This document shows, piece after piece, positions 56,746 through 64,000 of a DNA stretch of 64,000 nt (the first letter of the stretch is position 1; each line of letters opens with the position of its first letter). Source of the stretch: an uncultured Verrucomicrobiae bacterium. Its GTDB lineage: Bacteria; Verrucomicrobiota; Verrucomicrobiia; Chthoniobacterales; JAFAMB01. Position numbers and translations under genes: made by a program. The notes beneath the pieces were generated by a model, which ran no database searches, was not told where the DNA came from, and was given only the letters and a program-made list of their open reading frames with translations. The DNA lies in the NCBI GenBank assembly GCA_963837955.1, contig CAWIPH010000002.1:4032001-4096000 (forward strand). The letters are read 5' to 3'.

Positions 56746-57438
56746 TCACAATGTCGCTACGTAAAGCCCGCGCGACATCAATCCTTCCTCTAAATATTCG
56801 ACTCGCAGGCCTGCGTTTCGAAAAAAATTGGACCATTGCTCTCGGTTAAGGAGCCGCAATTCATGTCGCTCGGTCGCGTATCTTACGTCGGCTCCGTTTA
56901 CGAACAGATAATGCGCATCGAGGAATGAACGATCACCGTCCCGTTTGCTACTCATCACGCGGCAAACTTTCCGCTCCCCATCCTCGGCCGCGACCAGATC
57001 AGCGGGTCTGCTAAGCCAAGCACCCGATTCAATCCACGGCTCAATGAAGATCGCGCCACCAGGTTTAAGGTGATTCCTGAAGCAGGACAGCGCTGATCTG
57101 ATCGACCCGTCGTCAAGCAGATATCCGACAGAGCTAAATAGGCAAAGGATGACATCGAATTTCGTTCCCAACTGAAACCGACTCATGTCACCAACATGAA
57201 AGTCCGCTTGCGGAAGTTTCTTCTTTGCGAGCCGGATGAATGCCGGATCGATGTCGAGTCCCGCCGTTTGGTACTCCGACAAGAATCGCACATGTTCCGC
57301 TGTGCCACAGGCGACATCCAGTATCGATCGAGCCCCGGGAACATATCTCGCGAACAAATCGCGCAACTTCTCAGCTTCTCCTCGGTAATTCTTCGATCGG
57401 TAGATGAGATCGTAGTATTCGGCGGATTCGGAAAACAT
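56746..57438 (-). CDS. Class I SAM-dependent methyltransferase (TylM1/DesVI-like)
   Basis: AEYYDLIYRSKNY..EA, ILDVACGTAEH, GDMSRFQLG.KFDVILCLFSSVGY, HLKPGG.IFIEPW. Confidence 0.85.
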   Translation of the reverse strand: MFSESAEYYDLIYRSKNYRGEAEKLRDLFARYVPGARSILDVACGTAEHVRFLSEYQTAGLDIDPAFIRLAKKKLPQADFHVGDMSRFQLGTKFDVILCLFSSVGYLLDDGSIRSALSCFRNHLKPGGAIFIEPWIESGAWLSRPADLVAAEDGERKVCRVMSSKRDGDRSFLDAHYLFVNGADVRYATERHELRLLNREQWSNFFRNAGLRVEYLEEGLMSRGLYVATL

Positions 57439-57581
57439 GGGGTTAGAAATCCATTTGTTTGGCCCAACCGGGTCCGTTCACGGTCTCGATTCAGAGGTCG
57501 CGGCCAACTTCGCAAGCTTCGGCGCGCCCGAGCATTTAAGGCTGTCCCCACCCAAGGTGTGGCCGCGACGCAGCTATCGTA

Positions 57582-58559
57582 TCAATTTGTAGCTATCGAA
57601 CTTCTGCTACCTGATCGATTCAGTCCCCATAGTAACATCCGTTCGGCATCATCAAAAATCGTGTGATGCGTTCCTCCCAGCTGAACCAAAATTACCTCGC
57701 GCGAACCGTTCGAAGCGCTTGAGATAAGACAACGCCCACTAGGCCCGGTATATCCTGTCTTCATTCCGGTGAACATTGGTGAACGCGCGATCAGCTTGTT
57801 CGTTGCTTCGAAATATCGTTGCCGGCCAGAATTATACGTAAAGGTCAGGCCCGGCATTCGCATATATTCTCGCAACGCCGGAACATGGTAAGCGGCGAAA
57901 GCGATCCGAGCCATGTCGCGAGCGGTCGAGTATTGGCCAGGAATCGGAAGACCATTCGGGTTCACAAAATGACTTTGGGTCGCACCCAACGCAAAAGCCT
58001 TCGCGTTCATCTGCTGCGCGAACCCTGCGATGCTTCCGGCCTCATTCCGGGCAAGGCAAACAGCCGCATCGTTGCAGCTATGAATGAGCAATGCCCCGAG
58101 AAGCTGTCGCTTGGTGTAAGAATCCCCGGGGCGAAATCCCAATTTGGTCGGTTCCACCTGGCAATCGGAAGCGCTGACGCGGTCGACTCCGTCAAGACTG
58201 CCCGATTGATTAATGATCAGAGCGGTCAGCAGTTTTTGCGTGCTGGCTACAGGTCGACGCACATCAGGGTCTTTAAAATAGAGTACCGTCCCGGTCTTCG
58301 CGTCGATCATCATAGCCGAACCGGCAATTGTTTGCGGTGCATCAGCCGGATAAGCCCGCAGTCCGGCTGCACCGGGAGGATCGTCTGCGACTCCTCGCCG
58401 CAGAATCGAGTTTGGCGCGCTTGGTTGCTGGCTGGAGGCATCAGGAAAAGGTTGAACGGGTAGCGCTCGACGAACTGGCTTATCTTCACCGCGAACAATT
58501 GGAAGGGCTCCGCCCGCCAAGACCACACAACTCAAAATGATGGTGATTGAATGCCGCAT
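57582..58559 (-). CDS. D-alanyl-D-alanine carboxypeptidase (peptidase S11)
   Basis: ASTQK (SxxK), HSCND (SxN), MKTGYT (KTG), HFVNPNGL; signal peptide. Confidence 0.92.
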   Translation of the reverse strand: MRHSITIILSCVVLAGGALPIVRGEDKPVRRALPVQPFPDASSQQPSAPNSILRRGVADDPPGAAGLRAYPADAPQTIAGSAMMIDAKTGTVLYFKDPDVRRPVASTQKLLTALIINQSGSLDGVDRVSASDCQVEPTKLGFRPGDSYTKRQLLGALLIHSCNDAAVCLARNEAGSIAGFAQQMNAKAFALGATQSHFVNPNGLPIPGQYSTARDMARIAFAAYHVPALREYMRMPGLTFTYNSGRQRYFEATNKLIARSPMFTGMKTGYTGPSGRCLISSASNGSREVILVQLGGTHHTIFDDAERMLLWGLNRSGSRSSIATN

Positions 58560-58712
58560 TCGGATTCAGTCATTTACCCATAAATCGGCCCAACGCAATC
58601 GCTGGCTCGCAACAAGCGCGATGTTCGGCGAGACCTGACAGTTCCGCGAACCGGCGCATGGAAGCAGAATTCAATTCAAATCGCGCAACGAAACTGTTAT
58701 GCTACGGCGCCA

Positions 58713-59252
58713 ATGATGTTCCGTGTTGTCTCGTTGGCAGCGCTAGCCGCATCACTACTGCTCGTCGGCTGCGCTGAGCGCTCGCTCCCCGAATACGAAC
58801 CGCCGCTGAAACACAGCGCTTATATGAAGGTTCGCACCACTGCCTATACCCACACCGAAAGCGATCACGTCAAGTATGCCGATTCCAGTGCTCTGGGAAC
58901 GCCGTTGCAATCCGGAGCAATCCGGAGCGCGGCCGGCGACTGGGCTCGCTGGCCGGTTGGAACCAAGTTTATGATTGTGGCTACCGGCCAAACCTACCAG
59001 ATCGATGATTATGGCTGGGCATTGGCCGGAAGAAATACGATCGACCTCTATTGCCCAAACCGATCGGAGATGAACTCGTGGGGGGTGCGACGCGTCACCA
59101 TCCAGATCCTGGAATGGGGAGATCCCTGGCGAGGTTATCACGTGCTCAAACCTCGTTCGGATAATGCGCACGTTCGCCGCATGATGAAAGAGATCGAGCG
59201 ATTCTACGGACTTTTCACGGTTCACCGTGCGCAATTCTCGGTTCTGCGGTAG
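58713..59252 (+). CDS. 3D (Asp-Asp-Asp) domain lipoprotein
   Basis: Lipobox LLVG-C; VRTTAY, SAAGDW, IDDYG, TIDLY. Confidence 0.85.
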   Translation: MMFRVVSLAALAASLLLVGCAERSLPEYEPPLKHSAYMKVRTTAYTHTESDHVKYADSSALGTPLQSGAIRSAAGDWARWPVGTKFMIVATGQTYQIDDYGWALAGRNTIDLYCPNRSEMNSWGVRRVTIQILEWGDPWRGYHVLKPRSDNAHVRRMMKEIERFYGLFTVHRAQFSVLR

Positions 59253-59372
59253 CGGGCTTCGGGGGTTGGAAATCAGAGGTTTGGCGATTGTGGATTGGCC
59301 GCCGGGTTCCGGAAGGATAACGCGGAGAAGCCACTTTCGCTAAATCACAAAACAGCCGCAATTCGTCGGTAA

Positions 59373-59472
59373 GGTGGTGGCGACTGCGTCAGCGTTAGGC
59401 TCGATTGATTGCTCTCGCGCCAACTTCGGAAATTGGCGCGAAGCACAAGCAAGCCGGGTAGTCGCCGCTACC
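59373..59472. repeat. ~100-bp inverted-repeat hairpin (family E, GGTAGCGGCGACT ends); possible bidirectional terminator
   Basis: GGTGGTGGCGACT...AGTCGCCGCTACC with inner stem TCGCGCCAA/TTGGCGCGA, between convergent genes. Confidence 0.6.
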
Positions 59473-59485
59473 GTTTCCTTGCTCC

Positions 59486-61600
59486 CTACCGAATATTGTC
59501 CCACAAGAACGCTAGCTGATCCGCGCGTTCTTCAATGATTTTGGCGATCGGTTTGCCGCCGCCATGTCCCGCTTTTGTATCGACTCGAATCAGAATAGGC
59601 TGGTCGCAGCCTTGCGCCGCTTGCAGTGTAGCGGCGAACTTAAATGAATGCCCTGGCACCACGCGGTCATCATGGTCACCGGTCGTGATCAACGTCGGCG
59701 GATAGCAAGTTCCGGGATGAATGTTATGCAATGGCGAGTATTTGATCAGGTACTTGAAGTCATCTGGATTATCTGAACTTCCGTAGTCCGAAATCCAAGC
59801 TGAGCCGATCGTGAACTTCTGGTAACGAAGCATATCAAGCACGCCGACCACCGGAACCGTCGCGCCGAAAAGATCCGGGCGCTGGGTTAGGCATGCGCCA
59901 ATCAACAAACCGCCATTTGATCCGCCAAAAATGCCGAGATGTTTCGGGCTGGTGTATTTCTCTGCGATCAATGTCTCCGCCGCCGCAATAAAATCGTCGA
60001 ACACATTTTGCTTGCGCTCCTTGGTGCCAGCCTGGTGCCAATCCTGCCCATATTCGCCACCCCCGCGTAAGTTCGGTTCAGCGAAAACGCCTCCCTTCTC
60101 CACCCAAGTGAAGTACGAATACGAAAAAGCCGGTTTAACGGAAATGTTGAATCCTCCGTAACCCGTCAACAAAACCGGGTTCGTGCCATCCAACGCGATC
60201 CCTTTGCGGTGGACGATAAACATCGGCACGCGAGTGCCATCCTTCGAATGGTAAAAAATCTGCTTGGTTTCGTAATCATCCGAAGAGATTTGCACAGATG
60301 GCTTTCGGAAAACCTCATTGTTCCCCGTGCTCACGTCGTAACGATAAACGGCTGGCGGAAAGACGAAGGAATCGAAGGAATAGAACAACTCCGGCCGATC
60401 CTGATCTCCGGAGAGCCCGTGTACGGAGCCCATGGTCGGGAGTGGCACTTCCGTTTCAATCTTTCCATCGAGGGAGGCTATCTTGAGCTGGTTTTTTGCG
60501 TCGACGAGGTAGTTGAGGATCAGCTTACCGCCTACCACCTCGGCCTCTTCCAATCGATCATTTGATTCACCCACCACGTCATTTGCAGACGGATGATCGA
60601 GCCGGACCAGATCCACACCAATCACCCTATACTTAGGCGCGCCCTTATCCGTCATTAACAACATGCGATCGCCCACCACCGCGATGAAATCGTATTGGGC
60701 ATCTAATTGTTCGAAAACCGGCAGCAGCGACGAGTTTATCTTGGGATGGGTCGGGTCACCAAGATTCATGACGTACACCGCGCTTTTCGGAGCGGTATTC
60801 GACCGGGCTGTGATGATGAGATACCGCCCGTCCTTAGAAGTAGACGCGAAGAGCAGCCACTCTGGGTGGTCTGGTCTCTCGTAGATAAGCTGATCCTTAT
60901 CCTGCGAATCACCCAGTCGGTGATAATAAATCTTGGGATCATGCAAGCTCTCCAGTTTTTGGCCGGAGGCACTCGAGGGAGCCGGATATTTTGTGTAGAA
61001 AAATCCTAGATTGTCTTTGGTCCAACTGATCCCGGAGAATTTTACCCATCGAACTACGTCAGGCAGATCGTGACCCGTTTGCAGATCACGCACATGCACT
61101 TCGTTCCAATCCGAGCCGCTCGTCTCTAAGCCATACGCGAAGAGCTTGCCGTCGCTACTCAGCGCAGTGGCGCTTACCGAGATTGTCCCATCCGCTGCAA
61201 GCTTGTTGGGATCGAGAACCACCTGCGGTGCATCGCTGAGTTCTTTGACAGTGTAGATGACGTCCTGATTCTGTAGGCCATCATTCTTCTCGTAAATGTA
61301 TCGGCCGCCTTCCCAGTAGGGTGCAGTATACCGCTCAAATTTTAGGAGCTTAGTCAACTTTTGTTGGATATCTTCTCGATCCGGAAGCTTTGCCAGATAA
61401 GGCAGCGAAAGCGCATTCTCTTGGCTGATCCAAGCGATGGTCTCGGGAGAATCCGAGTTTTCCAGCCAGCGGTATGGGTCAGCGACCTTCGTCCCGTGGT
61501 AATCATCCACAGTGTCGCCCTTCTTGGCCTGCGGATATTCGTAATTCTTGGCCATTACAGCGCCGACCGTTAGCAAAAGGAACAAAGCCCCTCGAATCAT
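59486..61600 (-). CDS. Prolyl oligopeptidase (S9A), exported
   Basis: VADPYRWLE, SKDGTRVPMF, GYGGF, GGSNGGLL, DHDDRV, AGHGGGK; probable ATG at 61600 with signal peptide. Confidence 0.95.
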   Translation of the reverse strand: MIRGALFLLLTVGAVMAKNYEYPQAKKGDTVDDYHGTKVADPYRWLENSDSPETIAWISQENALSLPYLAKLPDREDIQQKLTKLLKFERYTAPYWEGGRYIYEKNDGLQNQDVIYTVKELSDAPQVVLDPNKLAADGTISVSATALSSDGKLFAYGLETSGSDWNEVHVRDLQTGHDLPDVVRWVKFSGISWTKDNLGFFYTKYPAPSSASGQKLESLHDPKIYYHRLGDSQDKDQLIYERPDHPEWLLFASTSKDGRYLIITARSNTAPKSAVYVMNLGDPTHPKINSSLLPVFEQLDAQYDFIAVVGDRMLLMTDKGAPKYRVIGVDLVRLDHPSANDVVGESNDRLEEAEVVGGKLILNYLVDAKNQLKIASLDGKIETEVPLPTMGSVHGLSGDQDRPELFYSFDSFVFPPAVYRYDVSTGNNEVFRKPSVQISSDDYETKQIFYHSKDGTRVPMFIVHRKGIALDGTNPVLLTGYGGFNISVKPAFSYSYFTWVEKGGVFAEPNLRGGGEYGQDWHQAGTKERKQNVFDDFIAAAETLIAEKYTSPKHLGIFGGSNGGLLIGACLTQRPDLFGATVPVVGVLDMLRYQKFTIGSAWISDYGSSDNPDDFKYLIKYSPLHNIHPGTCYPPTLITTGDHDDRVVPGHSFKFAATLQAAQGCDQPILIRVDTKAGHGGGKPIAKIIEERADQLAFLWDNIR

Positions 61601-61751
61601 AAGCCGCACGGAAGCATGATAATCAAACCGGCGCCAGCTCGAGGCCGGATCGCCGGCACCACACCTTTGAACACGCACATCCTCCTCGCATTTCTTCCTC
61701 CTGCACCTCCCGCTTTACAACTACGATCCGGGGGCACATATTCCGCCCCTT

Positions 61752-62243
61752 ATGTGGCTGTCAATTTTAATTCCGATCCTACTAGTAATCCTAGTGGTCG
61801 TTTGCTTACTCCTTGTGCTCGTGGTGCTTATGCAGCGCCCGCGGAGCGAGGGTTTGGGAGCGGCGTTCGGGTCCGGAATGACCGAAAATTTATTCGGAGC
61901 TCAGACTTCCTCGGTTTTGACGAAAGCCACAGTCTATCTTGGAGGAATCTTTTTCGGGGTTACATTGCTGCTAACCTTCTTGACGGCGAAGCAGAGCATG
62001 GAACGTCGGGCCGGAGTTCTTGAAAGCGAAGCCAAGAATGCAAAGCCGGTGGCGAGTTCGACCCCATCGGCTATTCCTTCGTCCACCCCCGCGGCCTCCG
62101 CTGCGCCGAGTCCTCAAGCATCCGCTTCGACGAGCAGCCCGACCGCTACTCCGGAGGCCACTCCCAGCGCTACTCCAGAGAGTTCGATTGTACCTTCTCC
62201 TTCGCCTACCAATGCGGGCGGGTCGCCCTCTCCAACTCCCTGA
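61752..62243 (+). CDS. secG: Preprotein translocase subunit SecG with a Ser/Pro/Thr/Ala-rich tail
   Basis: LVVLMQRPRSEGLGAAFGSG...LFG...LTKAT. Confidence 0.92.
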   Translation: MWLSILIPILLVILVVVCLLLVLVVLMQRPRSEGLGAAFGSGMTENLFGAQTSSVLTKATVYLGGIFFGVTLLLTFLTAKQSMERRAGVLESEAKNAKPVASSTPSAIPSSTPAASAAPSPQASASTSSPTATPEATPSATPESSIVPSPSPTNAGGSPSPTP

Positions 62244-62246
62244 CGT

Positions 62247-63866
62247 GTGAACATCCCGACGGGTAGGCTGACCGGATTTGCCATTGGCGTCCTTTTCGTC
62301 TGCTCTTCGCTTACCAGCTGCGATTCCTCCGGATCTCGCGCCGACCTCGTCATTTTAAATGGAGCAGAACCAACCTCGATCGACCCGGCAGTAATTACGG
62401 GCCAGTTGGACGGTCGCGTTGCCTACGCGCTGTTCGATGGTCTCGCGCACTTCGATCGCCATGGAACCCCGCAACCAGCCATCGCCCAGTCCTGGGATAT
62501 TTCACCCGATGCGAAGACCTATACTTTTCATCTTCGACCGGACGCCAGATGGAGCAATGGCGCACCGGTGACGGCAAACGATTTTGTGGACTCTTGGAAG
62601 CGCACGCTTCTGCCCGAAACAGCCGCTGAATACGCCTACGTGATGTATCACATCAAAAACGCCGAAGCGTTTAACGAAGGTAAGATCACGGACTTCTCTC
62701 TCGTCGGCGTCCACGCGATCGACGCGCAAACTCTCCGAGTCGAACTGCAGGATCCGACACCGTACTTCCTTGACCTTTGCTCGTATGTCCCCTACTTGCC
62801 GGTCTACATCTCATCTGTAAAAGCGTTTGGTGACGACTGGATAAAGCCGGCTCACCTGGTGAACAATGGACCATTCTTGATGGACGAATGGCGTCTCAAC
62901 TATCGCATTCGCCTTCGGAAGAATCCCAACTACTGGGACGCGCAAAACGTGCATTTGCAGACTGTCGATTTGCTGCCAATTGAGAACTCGATCGCCGCTT
63001 ACAATTTCTATGCATCAAAAGTCGCTGACTTGATATTGGACAAAGGACTCACTCCACCTTCTCTCATACCAGAGCTGAAGCGCCGACCAGACTTTCACGC
63101 GGCACCGTTTTTGGGCAGTTACTTCATTCGATTCAATGTCACGCGCAAAGCTTTCAGCGATCCGAGAGTGCGCCAAGCTTTCTCCTTAGCGATCGATCGA
63201 GAAAGGATTGTCAAGAAGATCACTCAAGCTGGTGAGCCACCGGCGTATTCTTTCACGCCACCTGGCACGGCTGGATATCGTCCTCCGGAAATATTCCATC
63301 GCGATGCCGAAAGGGCCCGCCAGCTTCTGGCCGATGCCGGCTACCCTCAGGGTCGCGGATTTCCTACAGTTACTTATCTGAATGACAATGCGAAATTGGA
63401 TGAGAACATCGCCGTGGAGATCCAGAGCATGCTGTCACAGGAATTGGGTGTGCACGTGGAACTTCAGAGACAGGAATGGAAGGTCTATCTGAACTCCATG
63501 AACCGTCTGGACTACGACTTTTGCCGGTCGAGCTGGGTCGGCGATTACAACGACCCAAACACGTTCCTGGATTGTTTCGTCACAGGAGGAGGAAACAACC
63601 GTACCGGCTGGGGCAACCATCAATATGACCAGCTGATTGAGGCGGCGGCCAAAGAGGCGGATCAGCAAAAGCGGTTCGACAGCTTTCGGCAGGCAGAAGA
63701 TATTCTGCTGAACCAAGGAACTCCAATCTGCCCTCTGTACTTTTATATGGGCATCCAGATCTACGACAATGCGAAGATTGGCGGAATCGAACCGAACCTG
63801 CTGGATGAACATCCCTTTCGAGAAATGTACAGGAAGGAAGGCGGGGTGTTAGCGGTTGGCCGCTAG
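62247..63866 (+). CDS. oppA: Peptide ABC transporter substrate-binding lipoprotein (OppA family)
   Basis: Lipobox LTS-C, AEPTSIDPA, YTFHLRPDARWSNG.PVTANDF, NGPF, WVGDYNDP. Confidence 0.9.
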   Translation: MNIPTGRLTGFAIGVLFVCSSLTSCDSSGSRADLVILNGAEPTSIDPAVITGQLDGRVAYALFDGLAHFDRHGTPQPAIAQSWDISPDAKTYTFHLRPDARWSNGAPVTANDFVDSWKRTLLPETAAEYAYVMYHIKNAEAFNEGKITDFSLVGVHAIDAQTLRVELQDPTPYFLDLCSYVPYLPVYISSVKAFGDDWIKPAHLVNNGPFLMDEWRLNYRIRLRKNPNYWDAQNVHLQTVDLLPIENSIAAYNFYASKVADLILDKGLTPPSLIPELKRRPDFHAAPFLGSYFIRFNVTRKAFSDPRVRQAFSLAIDRERIVKKITQAGEPPAYSFTPPGTAGYRPPEIFHRDAERARQLLADAGYPQGRGFPTVTYLNDNAKLDENIAVEIQSMLSQELGVHVELQRQEWKVYLNSMNRLDYDFCRSSWVGDYNDPNTFLDCFVTGGGNNRTGWGNHQYDQLIEAAAKEADQQKRFDSFRQAEDILLNQGTPICPLYFYMGIQIYDNAKIGGIEPNLLDEHPFREMYRKEGGVLAVGR

Positions 63867-63932
63867 GGGTTGGCTGATCAGTGAATTGCTATCTGCTCGC
63901 AACTCCTTATTCCCGTCTCCGGAATTCACAAG

Positions 63933-64000
63933 TTAGTTCATCATCTCTCTGTACGCCTTTTGATCGCCGTACATGCGATGGTACACCCGGTACTTTCGGT
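63933..64000 (-). CDS. 3' end of a CDS entering from the right; resembles the C-terminus of FGGY-family pentulose kinases
   Basis: Minus-strand translation ...RKYRVYHRMYGDQKAYREMMN*; only 21 residues are visible. Confidence 0.5.
   Translation of the reverse strand, partial: RKYRVYHRMYGDQKAYREMMN

Overview
A ~55% GC bacterial chromosomal segment, most likely Verrucomicrobiota (Spartobacteria-like). This is inferred from a perfect TGTTC-N4-GAACA LexA box upstream of lexA and the MTVRLGRFEMPK start of RpoA. Most of the window is housekeeping: scpB-pheA, Lrp/gltB/ACT, rpoA-rplQ, a thiolase with a FadJ-like partner, thiD, purD, hemW, yggS, opgG/opgH, lexA, xerC, pepF, ilvN-ilvC, a DacA-like PBP, prolyl oligopeptidase, secG and oppA. 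Three themes stand out. (1) At the left edge is an accessory catabolic locus: two NdmA/VanA-like Rieske oxygenases, a secreted SnoaL protein, a TetR regulator, a TonB-dependent receptor and a metal-dependent deaminase. It has twin 16-bp operators and a sigma54 promoter, and is a candidate system for scavenging methylated N-heterocycles as a nitrogen source. (2) A REP-associated tyrosine transposase (RAYT) is flanked by unusually long 56-nt three-hairpin REPs that show compensatory base changes. A non-autonomous copy lies 50 kb away, and at least four other unrelated REP/REPIN-like families occur in intergenic DNA, one carrying inverted heptamer arrays. (3) Several intact genes have lost canonical catalytic residues: an MBL lipoprotein, an S41 protease, the FadJ hydratase domain and a ferritin-like protein. 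No rRNA, tRNA or CRISPR array was seen. All calls come from reading motifs by eye; no database searches were run.
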